DNA of 64,000 nt from Bacillota bacterium (GTDB taxonomy: Bacteria; Bacillota; Clostridia; Oscillospirales; Acutalibacteraceae): NCBI GenBank assembly GCA_030842085.1, contig JAUUSE010000004.1, forward strand, positions 638-64,637, in the 5' to 3' direction. A model generated the notes under the pieces. That model was not told where the DNA came from, did not search any database, and worked only from the letters and a program-made list of their open reading frames with translations. Below, piece after piece: positions 18,545 through 27,629 of the stretch (positions are counted from its first letter, which is position 1; each line of letters opens with the position of its first letter). Both the position numbers and the translations under genes were made by a program.

Positions 18545-19999
18545 TTATGAATTGCTGTCCAGCAAATCCTTGCGCAGCTGCCAGAGGTCCTGTGATAAAT
18601 CGACATAATAATTGTGCGGGTTTTCCAGCCTCAGCACCTCGTCCCAAAGAGTCGATACCTGCCGCTCGCAATATGCTTTTATGGACTGCACCGACGGACA
18701 TTTATATACTAATTTGCCGTTTTTATAAATCTGCTTATGCAGCGGCCGCGCTATGAAATCCGTAATAGTCTTACGCTTCCAAGTATATTCCGGGTCAAAT
18801 ATCTCATATGGTGCATTCTCATCTATATTTTCGCCGTGCAGTGTTACAACATCGGCGATTGCTTTGCCGCTCGTTTTGTCAAACAGTCTGTGCACCTGCT
18901 TAAAGCCGGGAATAGTAAGCTTGGTTATGTTCTCGCTTATCTTTATCTTCGGTATTATCTTACCGTCCTTTTCAATACCGGCAAGCTTATATACGCCGCC
19001 GAATACAGAATCCGACGATGCCGTTATGAGTCGCTCGCCGACGCCGAAAGAGTCTATTTTACCGCCCTGTATTATTACCTCTCTGATTATATTTTCATCA
19101 AGCGAGTTTGTGGCGATAATTCCGCAGTCTGGGAAGCCTGCTTCATCAAGCATTTTGCGCGCGCGCTTTGACAGATACGTTATATCGCCGCTGTCTATGC
19201 GTATGCTCTGCGGCCTAAATCCGCGCGGAATTATTTCTTCATTAAACACCTTTATGGCATTGGGTACTCCGGATTTAAGCACATTATAAGTGTCAACAAG
19301 CAGCGAGCAATTTTCCGGATATGTCCTCGCATATGCTCTAAAAGCATCCAGCTCGCTGTCAAACATCTGTACCCAGCTGTGCGCCATGGTCCCAACCGCC
19401 GGTATGCCGTAAAGCTTTTCAGCAAGCGTTAACGACGAGCCAATGCATCCGCCGATATATGCTGCACGGGCGCCGTAGAGGGCAGCCGACAGGCCGTGTG
19501 CACGCCGCGCACCAAACTCCATCACCGTGCGGCCCTGTGCCGCCCTTACTATTCTGTTCGCTTTAGTCGCTATAAGAGACTGGTGATTTATTATCATAAG
19601 AAGCGCAGTTTCTATCAGCTGAGCCTGTATAATTGGGCCGCGCACTATTATCACCGGCTCTTTCGGAAAGATTGGCGTACCTTCCTCAACTGCAAAAATA
19701 TCACATTCAAATTTAAAGTTTTTGAGATACGAAAGAAAGCCCTCTGAATATATGCCTTTTGAGCGTAAAAACTCTATATCCTCATCAGTAAATTTTAGGC
19801 CCTCTATAAACTCTATAAGCTGCTGTAGTCCCGCCATTATGGCAAAGCCGCCGCCGTCCGGCACCCGGCGAAAAAACATGTCAAAATATGCTACGGTATC
19901 CGACATATGATTGTTAAAATATCCGCCGCTCATGGTTATTTCATAATAGTCCGCTGCCAATGCCAGCGCCGCTTCATTATCAATCAAAGACATATGCAC
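18545..19999 (-). CDS. pncB: Nicotinate phosphoribosyltransferase
   Basis: 484 aa; ..DYYEITM..YFDMFFR..MEFGARRAHG..GTMAHSWVQ.. are typical PncB motifs. Confidence 0.9.
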   Translation of the reverse strand: MHMSLIDNEAALALAADYYEITMSGGYFNNHMSDTVAYFDMFFRRVPDGGGFAIMAGLQQLIEFIEGLKFTDEDIEFLRSKGIYSEGFLSYLKNFKFECDIFAVEEGTPIFPKEPVIIVRGPIIQAQLIETALLMIINHQSLIATKANRIVRAAQGRTVMEFGARRAHGLSAALYGARAAYIGGCIGSSLTLAEKLYGIPAVGTMAHSWVQMFDSELDAFRAYARTYPENCSLLVDTYNVLKSGVPNAIKVFNEEIIPRGFRPQSIRIDSGDITYLSKRARKMLDEAGFPDCGIIATNSLDENIIREVIIQGGKIDSFGVGERLITASSDSVFGGVYKLAGIEKDGKIIPKIKISENITKLTIPGFKQVHRLFDKTSGKAIADVVTLHGENIDENAPYEIFDPEYTWKRKTITDFIARPLHKQIYKNGKLVYKCPSVQSIKAYCERQVSTLWDEVLRLENPHNYYVDLSQDLWQLRKDLLDSNS

Positions 20000-20267
20000 A
20001 CCTTCACTGCTTCATTTATTTTTTTATCTTTATTCAATTATAGTTTAACAATTTTTCCCGTATTTTTCAACCTATTTTAAAGATGCACTCGCCTCATCGT
20101 ATTACATCTCAAACAAAGCAAAATGATTATATGGTACTATTTTCATCTGCCGCAGCATATACTTTAATGCTTGTAAGGGCTTGTCTACTCCGATATGCTT
20201 TACTATCGATATTAAATATGTATGTCCCAAATTTGGTACTCTAAAGGACTTGCCGAACAAATTTTCG

Positions 20268-20296
20268 TTGACAAGGCTTTTTGGATATTGTACAAT
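20268..20296 (+). promoter_or_regulatory. Consensus sigma-A promoter TTGACA-N17-TACAAT
   Basis: TTGACA at 20268-20273, TACAAT at 20291-20296, about 48 nt upstream of the ATG at 20344. Confidence 0.5.
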
Positions 20297-20343
20297 ATAC
20301 TTGCAAAATAAAACAAATGTTCTTTTTGACTTGGAGGTTTAAA

Positions 20344-20568
20344 ATGTCTGGTAATTTTATAATATTAACAATTTTTGAGGTAATAATAGCCGCAGCGCTT
20401 ATAATAGGACTTTTTAACGAAAGAAAGCTTGCAGATTTTGAAGAAATGATGTTTAAAAGAATAAAGCATTTCTTTTGCAAAGATAAAGGGAAAAACGCGC
20501 CAAAAAAAATAAGCAGCTGCCGCAGGATTAAGACGCCGTCGGGACATTCGCGCAGACGGTGCGCGTGA
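20344..20568 (+). CDS. Small membrane protein with basic tail, 74 aa
   Basis: The ATG at 20344 is preceded by GGAGG. One TM helix (FIILTIFEVIIAAALIIGLF), then a Lys/Arg-rich tail. The track ORF starts earlier, at 20281. Confidence 0.45.
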   Translation: MSGNFIILTIFEVIIAAALIIGLFNERKLADFEEMMFKRIKHFFCKDKGKNAPKKISSCRRIKTPSGHSRRRCA

Positions 20569-20699
20569 GAAAGATAAGGTATCATCTATATAAGTGTATC
20601 TTATATAATATATTATTATTTACACAGAACTATAGATGTAAAATGTGTTTAGAAGCATACTTCTAATCGAATTTGTAAAGAAGAAAGGATATAAAACAT

Positions 20700-21398
20700 A
20701 TGTATATGGAACATTTTGGAGTAAGGTTAATTAAAAAAAAATATTCGTTTTATTTAAAAAGAGATGAGTTTGCCTTAATTAACACAAAACCTTCTCTTCC
20801 CGTATTTGAAAATTTAATTAAGAGAAATGCATACACTGACGACAAACATACTGAATACACAAAAGAATGGTGTGAACAATATAGAGAATTATGTTTGCAA
20901 AATTTTGATTTAAATATAAAATACTTTAATCAATTAAACTATTCTGATTTTGACAATGCTGTTGCGACTTTTTTAAAAAATAACAGTGAATTCTGTAAAG
21001 TTAATAATTTATTTGACTTCAATGGTGTATGCGGATATTATATTATGGTTCTTGACAAATATAAGCAGGCTTATATAGGCAGGAGCAATAATATAAAAGC
21101 ACGAATTCAAGCACATTGGACAAATACTAAAGCTTTTGACCGCACCTTACTTCCCATGTATGCAGTAAACACCTCTGCTTTCTCAATCGACTTCTTTAGA
21201 GCATTGGATACAACAAGAATATATGCATGGAAAATAGATTTGCCTGATAATGATTTATTCTATGATGTTTCCTTTTATGATATAGAAAAGGAATTAATTG
21301 AAGATTTTCCAAAGCAATTTCTTACTAACCGCATTGGCGGAGGCTTGCCAACTCCATTAGAAGCAATTGCCACAATGAATAAACGCAATTTGACTTGA
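20700..21398 (+). CDS. GIY-YIG-like nuclease-domain protein with unknown N-terminal domain, in a low-GC island
   Basis: ..GVCGYYIMVLDKYKQAYIGRSNNIKARIQAHW.. fits the GIY-(10-11)-YIG plus Arg/His helix pattern. The gene is visibly AT-rich compared with its neighbours. Confidence 0.5.
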   Translation: MYMEHFGVRLIKKKYSFYLKRDEFALINTKPSLPVFENLIKRNAYTDDKHTEYTKEWCEQYRELCLQNFDLNIKYFNQLNYSDFDNAVATFLKNNSEFCKVNNLFDFNGVCGYYIMVLDKYKQAYIGRSNNIKARIQAHWTNTKAFDRTLLPMYAVNTSAFSIDFFRALDTTRIYAWKIDLPDNDLFYDVSFYDIEKELIEDFPKQFLTNRIGGGLPTPLEAIATMNKRNLT

Positions 21399-21471
21399 GC
21401 ATAACCCTTTTAAGCCAACCTTATTTTAAATATAAACGTCTGACGTTTATTACTGTATCTCTCCCAATTTT

Positions 21472-21506
21472 AAAACCGTTCTCTTAACAAGTAAGAGAAC
21501 GGTTTT
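21472..21506. terminator. Bidirectional rho-independent terminator
   Basis: AAAACCGTTCTCTTAacaagTAAGAGAACGGTTTT, flanked by T- and A-runs, between convergent genes. Confidence 0.7.
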
Positions 21507-21532
21507 AAAATTGCATCTATTAACATTATCTG

Positions 21533-22063
21533 CTATAAATTTTCACCTATGCCTATGGCCTTTAAATTGTACTCTATCAAATGCTGCTTTGATTTCGGCA
21601 CACATGCTTCAACAGCGCCCTTAAGCGCCTGATTGGAGCAAAACGCCGACTCTTTAAACAGCTTGCCGAGCATTATCATATTTGCAAGGCCGTTAAGCTC
21701 GTTTTCCTCCGCCAACTCGGTTGCCGGGACGTAAAAAGCCTTAACGTCATTGCGCGAGACTTTCTCGTCTATAAGCGAACTGTCAATTATGACAATGCCG
21801 TCCTGTTCAACAGAATCTATAAATCTCTCAAATGACGGACGGTTCATAGCCAAAAACACATTCGGCTTTACCACAAGCGGAGAGCCTATCGGCTCGTCGG
21901 ATATACACACGCTGCAGTTTGCTGTGCCGCCTCTCATCTCCGGTCCGTAGGACGGGAGCCACGACACTTCTTTTTCATCTGCAAGGCCTGCCCCGGCTAT
22001 TTCCTTGCCCATAAATAGTATACCCTGACCGCCGAAACCTGCTATTTTTATCTTATATTCCAC
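21533..22063 (-). CDS. 2-oxoacid:ferredoxin oxidoreductase, gamma subunit
   Basis: ..IAGFGGQGILFMGK..SYGPEMRGGTANC.. is the gamma-subunit signature. Confidence 0.85.
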   Translation of the reverse strand: MEYKIKIAGFGGQGILFMGKEIAGAGLADEKEVSWLPSYGPEMRGGTANCSVCISDEPIGSPLVVKPNVFLAMNRPSFERFIDSVEQDGIVIIDSSLIDEKVSRNDVKAFYVPATELAEENELNGLANMIMLGKLFKESAFCSNQALKGAVEACVPKSKQHLIEYNLKAIGIGENL

Positions 22064-22078
22064 GCTGTCCGCCCCCCT

Positions 22079-22825
22079 CTACTGCTTATCGCCGATATCC
22101 TTATAAACCCCAAGCGGGTAATAAGGTATCATGTTGTCGCGCAGCCACTGCATCGCCTCAACCGGAGAAAGTCCCCAGTTGGTCGGGCAGGTGGACAGCA
22201 CCTCTACTATTGAAAATCCCTTTTTCTCTATCTGGTTCTTAAATGCCTTGACTATGGCCTTACGCGCCTCTTTTATATGTGGTACGCTGTCCACCGATAC
22301 GCGCTGTGCCAGCGCCACGCCGTCTAATGTGGACAGCATTTCGCACACCCTTATCGGGTTGCCAGAGTAGGATACATCTCTGCCATAGGGGGTAGTCTGC
22401 GTTACCTGACCCGGCAGAGTAGTCGGTGCCATCTGTCCGCCTGTCATGCCGTATATGGCGTTGTTTATAAATATTACCGTTATGTTTTCGCCACGGGTAG
22501 CGGAATGCACCGTCTCCGCCGTGCCTATCGCCGCCAAGTCGCCGTCTCCCTGATATGTAAACACAACATTGTCCGGATGCGCTCTCTTAACGCCCGTCGC
22601 CACCGCCGGAGCACGGCCGTGCGGCGCTTGTATCATATCGCATTCAAAATAGTTATAGGACATTACCGAGCATCCCACCGACGCTATGCCTACCGTGCGT
22701 CCCTCTACTCCAAGCTCGTCTATCGCCTCAGCCACAAGGCGGTGGACTATGCCGTGCGTGCAGCCCGGGCAGTAATGCGTATCCACATCGCACAGCGCTT
22801 TTGGCTTTTCAAATACTACAGACAT
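22079..22825 (-). CDS. 2-oxoacid:ferredoxin oxidoreductase, beta (TPP-binding) subunit
   Basis: ..YCPGCTHG..GDGDLAAIG..NNAIYGMTGGQ.. Confidence 0.9.
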   Translation of the reverse strand: MSVVFEKPKALCDVDTHYCPGCTHGIVHRLVAEAIDELGVEGRTVGIASVGCSVMSYNYFECDMIQAPHGRAPAVATGVKRAHPDNVVFTYQGDGDLAAIGTAETVHSATRGENITVIFINNAIYGMTGGQMAPTTLPGQVTQTTPYGRDVSYSGNPIRVCEMLSTLDGVALAQRVSVDSVPHIKEARKAIVKAFKNQIEKKGFSIVEVLSTCPTNWGLSPVEAMQWLRDNMIPYYPLGVYKDIGDKQ

Positions 22826-22829
22826 GCTA

Positions 22830-23882
22830 TTACCTCCCCAGCTCCATTATTTTTGCAAGTACTTCACCCGGCTCGGGTATCACGCCGCCGGTGCGGCCGT
22901 AAAACTCCACCGGCACCGCGCCGTTCACCGCGAGTCTCACGTCTTCTACCATCTGGCCCATGCTCATCTCAACCGAAAGGAAGCATTTGACCTGATTTAC
23001 ATATTTAGCAATAGTGTCCGTCGGATACGGCCACAGCGTTATGGGCCGGATGCAGCCGGCTTTTACGCCCTGCTCCCTCGCCTCTTTAACCGCCGCCTTT
23101 ACTATCCTGGAGGTAGCCCCGTATGCCACTACTGCTATCTCAGCGTCCTCCATGAGATATTCCTCTGCGCGCTGCTCTTTTTCTTTTATTATCTCATACC
23201 GCTTATATCTCTCTATAACGCGGTTCTCCAGCTCCTCTGCCTGCAAATACAAGGAATTTATTATATTGTGGCGGCGCTTGTTCTGGTGTCCGCTTGCCGC
23301 CCACGGCTTTTCATGCGGAGACGTCTGCGGCTTTTCTATCACCACCGGCTCCATCATCTGACCAAGCATTCCGTCGGCTAAAATCATCGCCGGCACCCTG
23401 TATTCTTCTGCCCTGTCAAAGGCGAGATAAACCAAATCCATTATCTCCTGCACTGTCGCCGGAGCAAATACAAGCACCTGAAAGTCGCCGTGCCCCAATG
23501 CACGCGTCGCCTGGAAATAATCGGCCTGCGACGGCTGTATGCCGCCAAGACCCGGTCCGCCGCGCTGCACATTGACGATAAGCGCAGGAACATCCGAGCC
23601 GGCCATGTATGATATAGCCTCGGTTTTAAGGCTTATTCCCGGTGAAGAGGATGACGTCATTGCCCTTATGCCGGAAGCCGCCGCGCCCAGCAGCATGTTC
23701 GAGGCCGCCAGCTCTGACTCCGCCTGTAAATATACGCCGCCTATTTTGGGCAGGCGCTTTGACATATACGCCGCCACTTCCGTCTGCGGCGTTATCGGGT
23801 AACCGAAGAAATGGATGCAGCCGGCCTGTATGGCGGCCTCAGCCAACGCTTCGTTGCCTTTCATAAGTACGCGTTTGGACAT
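22830..23882 (-). CDS. 2-oxoacid:ferredoxin oxidoreductase, alpha subunit
   Basis: MSKRVLMKGNEALAEAAIQAGC..FFGYPITPQTE... The start at 23882 was chosen so that it abuts the delta-subunit stop. The track ORF extends to 23963. Confidence 0.9.
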   Translation of the reverse strand: MSKRVLMKGNEALAEAAIQAGCIHFFGYPITPQTEVAAYMSKRLPKIGGVYLQAESELAASNMLLGAAASGIRAMTSSSSPGISLKTEAISYMAGSDVPALIVNVQRGGPGLGGIQPSQADYFQATRALGHGDFQVLVFAPATVQEIMDLVYLAFDRAEEYRVPAMILADGMLGQMMEPVVIEKPQTSPHEKPWAASGHQNKRRHNIINSLYLQAEELENRVIERYKRYEIIKEKEQRAEEYLMEDAEIAVVAYGATSRIVKAAVKEAREQGVKAGCIRPITLWPYPTDTIAKYVNQVKCFLSVEMSMGQMVEDVRLAVNGAVPVEFYGRTGGVIPEPGEVLAKIMELGR

Positions 23883-23890
23883 ATGTATCA

Positions 23891-24106
23891 CTACCTTTCC
23901 GCTCTCTCTACTCTTATTACTACGTCCGGACATATCGTAGCGCACATAGCGCAGGATATGCATTTTTCAATATCCGTCACTTCAACTGCCCGGTAGCCCT
24001 TGGCATTAAAGCCGTCCTCCGACAAACGGAGTATTTTCTTAGGGCACACGCTTACGCAAAGGCCGCAGCCCTTGCATTTTTCCCTGTTGATAGTAAGCTT
24101 TTCCAT
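23891..24106 (-). CDS. 2-oxoacid:ferredoxin oxidoreductase, delta subunit (2x[4Fe-4S] ferredoxin)
   Basis: Two CxxCxxCxxxCP motifs (CKGCGLCVSVCP, CISCAMCATICP); 71 aa. Confidence 0.85.
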   Translation of the reverse strand: MEKLTINREKCKGCGLCVSVCPKKILRLSEDGFNAKGYRAVEVTDIEKCISCAMCATICPDVVIRVERAER

Positions 24107-24127
24107 AAAGCACTGCCTTTCTGCCTT

Positions 24128-24796
24128 TTACTCTTTCCATGGCGGTATTACATGTATATCTATCTCAAACAAGCCGTTTATATCCGGCCTGCTTTCATCT
24201 GCAATCTGCCTTTCGACTGCCGTATATACTACCGGAAGCCCGGTTAGCTCAGACAATTTATCAATATAATCTTCGGATGATTTTACAGTATCTATATCGG
24301 TGTATTCGCCTAAATGTGAATTATTCACAAGCCCCGTTGCCTTAAGCCGCGACGCCGCTTCAATCTCTTTCAGCACGGCCGCTGCCGTCTCCGGCGTATC
24401 GACAAGCGGACGATACATATTAGCGACATACAGCATATCATACCCCGCGTCCGATATCCGCGAAGAAAATCTGCCAAGCGCGGTGGCACCTGCGTCATCG
24501 CCGCCGGCGTCGATTATTATTTTCTGATAACCGCCGCTCAGCGCTGCGTCAATTTTGGGCGAAAGAGCCGGTATGTCCAATGTGCTGCCGGCATATATCG
24601 GCGATATTATATCTATACCCCTTTTAGTAAGTACCGATGCATAATCAGACGAGCGGAAATACGGATTTACAACATCCATATCAATCAGCAAAACATTTTC
24701 ATAAATATTCCGCTCGCGCAGGGCAAGATTTATTGAAAAATTGGTTTTGCCGCTGCCATAGTGCCCGCAGATTATAATTATATTTTTTTCTCTCAC
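24128..24796 (-). CDS. MinD/ParA/CooC-like P-loop NTPase, first gene of the oxidoreductase operon
   Basis: Deviant Walker A GHYGSGKTNFSINLAL. Its stop lies 21 nt before the delta-subunit start. Confidence 0.6.
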   Translation of the reverse strand: MREKNIIIICGHYGSGKTNFSINLALRERNIYENVLLIDMDVVNPYFRSSDYASVLTKRGIDIISPIYAGSTLDIPALSPKIDAALSGGYQKIIIDAGGDDAGATALGRFSSRISDAGYDMLYVANMYRPLVDTPETAAAVLKEIEAASRLKATGLVNNSHLGEYTDIDTVKSSEDYIDKLSELTGLPVVYTAVERQIADESRPDINGLFEIDIHVIPPWKE

Positions 24797-25413
24797 ATCT
24801 AACCTCTAAAACGTTAAAGATAAATTAAACTGACGGCTGGAATTTTAAACCCTATCTCCATTCCTCAACATGGCATAATTTCACCGCTCTGCAACATTTC
24901 ATTCATTAATAATAAACGCAGGAATATTAAGCAAAAATACGACCTAAAAATAATTAACTTATTGCCACTTCACTTTACAATCGACTAAATTTATTATATC
25001 ACCGCTAAAACATTTTTTCAATGCATAGAGAATTTTATAATATTTTGTAAAATAATTTTCTGCAAAAGTATATCGCGGGAAACAATAACAATACTCTGCC
25101 GACATAAATCTCAGATACTTCACCATATGCGGCGACAAAGCTTGGGCATGAACATAAAAATCAGATTTCAACATATTCTGCCATCCATATAAGGCAATAC
25201 CAGCTTAGGCAAAGTATATATATGCAAGAAACGCATCTTCCACCACGAATTGGCAGTCACCTACAATCGCATTAAGAGAAGAAGCAAACAAGATGTCATA
25301 AGCATAAATTTATAATAATATAAGCGAGCGGCTTAATATCACCACTACGCCATTAAAAGCATAATATGTGACTGAACCCTTTCGTGCAAAAAATAAATTG
25401 AGAGGTCAAAGCC

Positions 25414-25854
25414 ATGTCTTTTACCGACAGAGAATTATTTGCAAGAATGTTAAAATGCGAGGCTGAGGGTGAGGGCGATACCGGAATGCGGGCCGTTGCT
25501 ACAATAATAATGAACAGGGTTAACGCTTCTACCGGCGAATATCAAAGGGTATGTCAAGGAGATATAAGGCTAGTGCTGCTTCAGGAAGGGCAGTTTGACT
25601 GTGCAAGGGATATAGTCGGCGGACGGCCAAATCCGCGCTCAATATATTCACTGACTCCTGACCAGATTCAGTATGATATTGTCGACTGGGCATTCGGCGG
25701 CGGACTGCTGAACGCCGTTGGCGATTGCCTGTGGTATCTCAATCCATTCAGGCCCTCCTGTTCACAAAATTTTCCCGGAGACTCTGGTACATTTCACACC
25801 CGCATAGGCAATCACTGCTTTTATCGGCCTACGCCGTATTACGATAATACTTAA
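25414..25854 (+). CDS. SleB/CwlJ-family cell-wall (spore cortex) hydrolase
   Basis: ..LARMLKCEAEGEGDTGMRAVATIIMNRV..GQFD.. is the Hydrolase_2 signature. Confidence 0.8.
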   Translation: MSFTDRELFARMLKCEAEGEGDTGMRAVATIIMNRVNASTGEYQRVCQGDIRLVLLQEGQFDCARDIVGGRPNPRSIYSLTPDQIQYDIVDWAFGGGLLNAVGDCLWYLNPFRPSCSQNFPGDSGTFHTRIGNHCFYRPTPYYDNT

Positions 25855-25965
25855 ATTTATATGCCGCCTTAAATAATACATATTCATTTCAGCTATTAAA
25901 CCACCAATTTAAGCTTTATCAGTATTTGTTATGTATTGTAAATTCGGCGGAGATTGGAGTTTATA

Positions 25966-26619
25966 ATGGAGCAAACTACAAATTATAATACTAATTCGCC
26001 ATCGGCAGGAAGCAGCGTCTACCCGCAGTCGTCCGGAGTGAACACTGCGGCAGGAAATATTAACAGCAGCGGTCCCGCCGGAAACAATATCTCTTTGCCT
26101 CAGGCACAATCGGGATATAACGTTTATCCTCAATCTTCATATAGCCTGCAAGGTCAAACAAACAGCACAATGACTCAAAACACTGCCAATAGCGGAATGC
26201 AAAACATGGCCGGCAATGCATCTTCTAATATATCTATACCATCTACATCTGTTCTGCCTTATTCGCCATACAGCACCGACTCGGCTATTCAGTATCAGGC
26301 GCCCGCACAATCAGGAATTCGTACTATTCAGCCGCTGAATATGCCGCTGCAAAACAATGAAAACACTCCCGAAACGCTGACTAACCCGATATACATACCT
26401 GGCTTTTTAAGGCAGAATATCGGGCGTTGGATGAGAGTGGAATTCCTTATAGGGAACACTATGACCGACCGCGTCGGAGTACTTACCGAAGTCGGTGCAA
26501 GCTATATACTGCTGCATTCAATAGACCCTAACAGCTATATTTTGTGTGATATGTTCTCTATTAAATTTGTAGTTATCATTAACACTGATAATTATGGCTC
26601 ACTGTTTATCGACCAATAA
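25966..26619 (+). CDS. GerQ-like spore coat protein with Q/N/S/P-rich N-terminal region
   Basis: The C-terminal ..RQNIGRWMRVEFLIGNTMTDRVGVLTEVGASYILLHS..YILCDMFSIKFV.. resembles GerQ. The ATG at 25966 follows GGAG. It lies next to a CwlJ/SleB-like gene. Confidence 0.55.
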   Translation: MEQTTNYNTNSPSAGSSVYPQSSGVNTAAGNINSSGPAGNNISLPQAQSGYNVYPQSSYSLQGQTNSTMTQNTANSGMQNMAGNASSNISIPSTSVLPYSPYSTDSAIQYQAPAQSGIRTIQPLNMPLQNNENTPETLTNPIYIPGFLRQNIGRWMRVEFLIGNTMTDRVGVLTEVGASYILLHSIDPNSYILCDMFSIKFVVIINTDNYGSLFIDQ

Positions 26620-26670
26620 TTTTAAAACTCTTAGCATAAGTATTAATTTTAAGCTATCTTTATATTTTTA

Positions 26671-26705
26671 AAAACGGCCGTTCTCTCGAACGACCGTTTT
26701 TATTT
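26671..26705. terminator. Rho-independent terminator between convergent genes
   Basis: AAAACGGCCGttctctcgaaCGACCGTTTT followed by tattt. Confidence 0.6.
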
Positions 26706-26740
26706 AAGCTGTTATGATATTCAACTTACTTTTTTACCAT

Positions 26741-27463
26741 TTAAGATTTCTTTTTAAAGCCCATTTTTTTCTCCTCACCTTTTATTATACGCTTTATGTT
26801 TTCACGATGCTTTATAATTACTATTACGGCAATTATCAGCGCAAACAGCGTCTCAAAATTCTTCTGCCCCATGTTAAACGGAGAATATGTGTAAACACTG
26901 GCTGCATGCGTAAAATCATATATAAGATATGTAGTAATAGGCAGCGCTATTGCTGCCGCTATTGATGAGAGAGATACTATCCTGCTGATGGCAAAGCATA
27001 TTAAAAAAACAGCTATTATTATAAGAAACACGCGCCAGTCAATAAGCAGCACCATTGCGGCTGAGGTTACTACCCCTTTGCCGCCCCTAAACCCAAAATA
27101 AATCGGGTAAAGATGCCCCAAAAGGCAGCATACTCCGCATATAAATGCGCCGTACACAGGGTCTATCGTTGAAGCTATCTGCTGCGTCTGCGGCAGATAG
27201 TTAAGCAGCGCAAACACCGCATATCTACCAATAGCGACAGCTGCTATAGTTTTCGCAAAATCGCATATAAAGGTCAGTATGCCGGAATATTTCCCGCCGG
27301 CCCTAAATGCATTCGTCATGCCGGCGTTGCCGCTGCCTACGTCCCTTACATCTATATTGGCAAACGCCCTCGTATATATAATGGCAAAGTTTATGCTGCC
27401 CAAGAGATAGGCTATAATCCCCGCCGCTAAAAAAATAAGCAGCACAATTACCTTATCAGTCAT
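26741..27463 (-). CDS. plsY: Acyl-phosphate:glycerol-3-phosphate acyltransferase
   Basis: ..LLGSINFAIIYTR..DVRDVGSGNAGMTNAFR..FRGGKGV.. Confidence 0.9.
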   Translation of the reverse strand: MTDKVIVLLIFLAAGIIAYLLGSINFAIIYTRAFANIDVRDVGSGNAGMTNAFRAGGKYSGILTFICDFAKTIAAVAIGRYAVFALLNYLPQTQQIASTIDPVYGAFICGVCCLLGHLYPIYFGFRGGKGVVTSAAMVLLIDWRVFLIIIAVFLICFAISRIVSLSSIAAAIALPITTYLIYDFTHAASVYTYSPFNMGQKNFETLFALIIAVIVIIKHRENIKRIIKGEEKKMGFKKKS

Positions 27464-27629
27464 TTTATTCCTCCATTACACATGGTTGCTGAAGCTTCGT
27501 TATTTTTCATTTATATGCAGAGCATAGCTCCCTAATTTGCATGTCCGGCCGTCTCTATAATTATCAGCATAATTTAAATGCACAAATTATATACGCCTAT
27601 CAGTCGCAAAATGTTTGCCGGCATATGCC

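Noticed and set aside
24959-25174. 71-aa minus-strand ORF in the 617-nt spacer upstream of the SleB/CwlJ-like gene
   Set aside because: It has no convincing RBS and a Tyr/Phe/Cys/Lys-rich composition typical of AT-rich non-coding sequence. It cannot be supported without conservation data.
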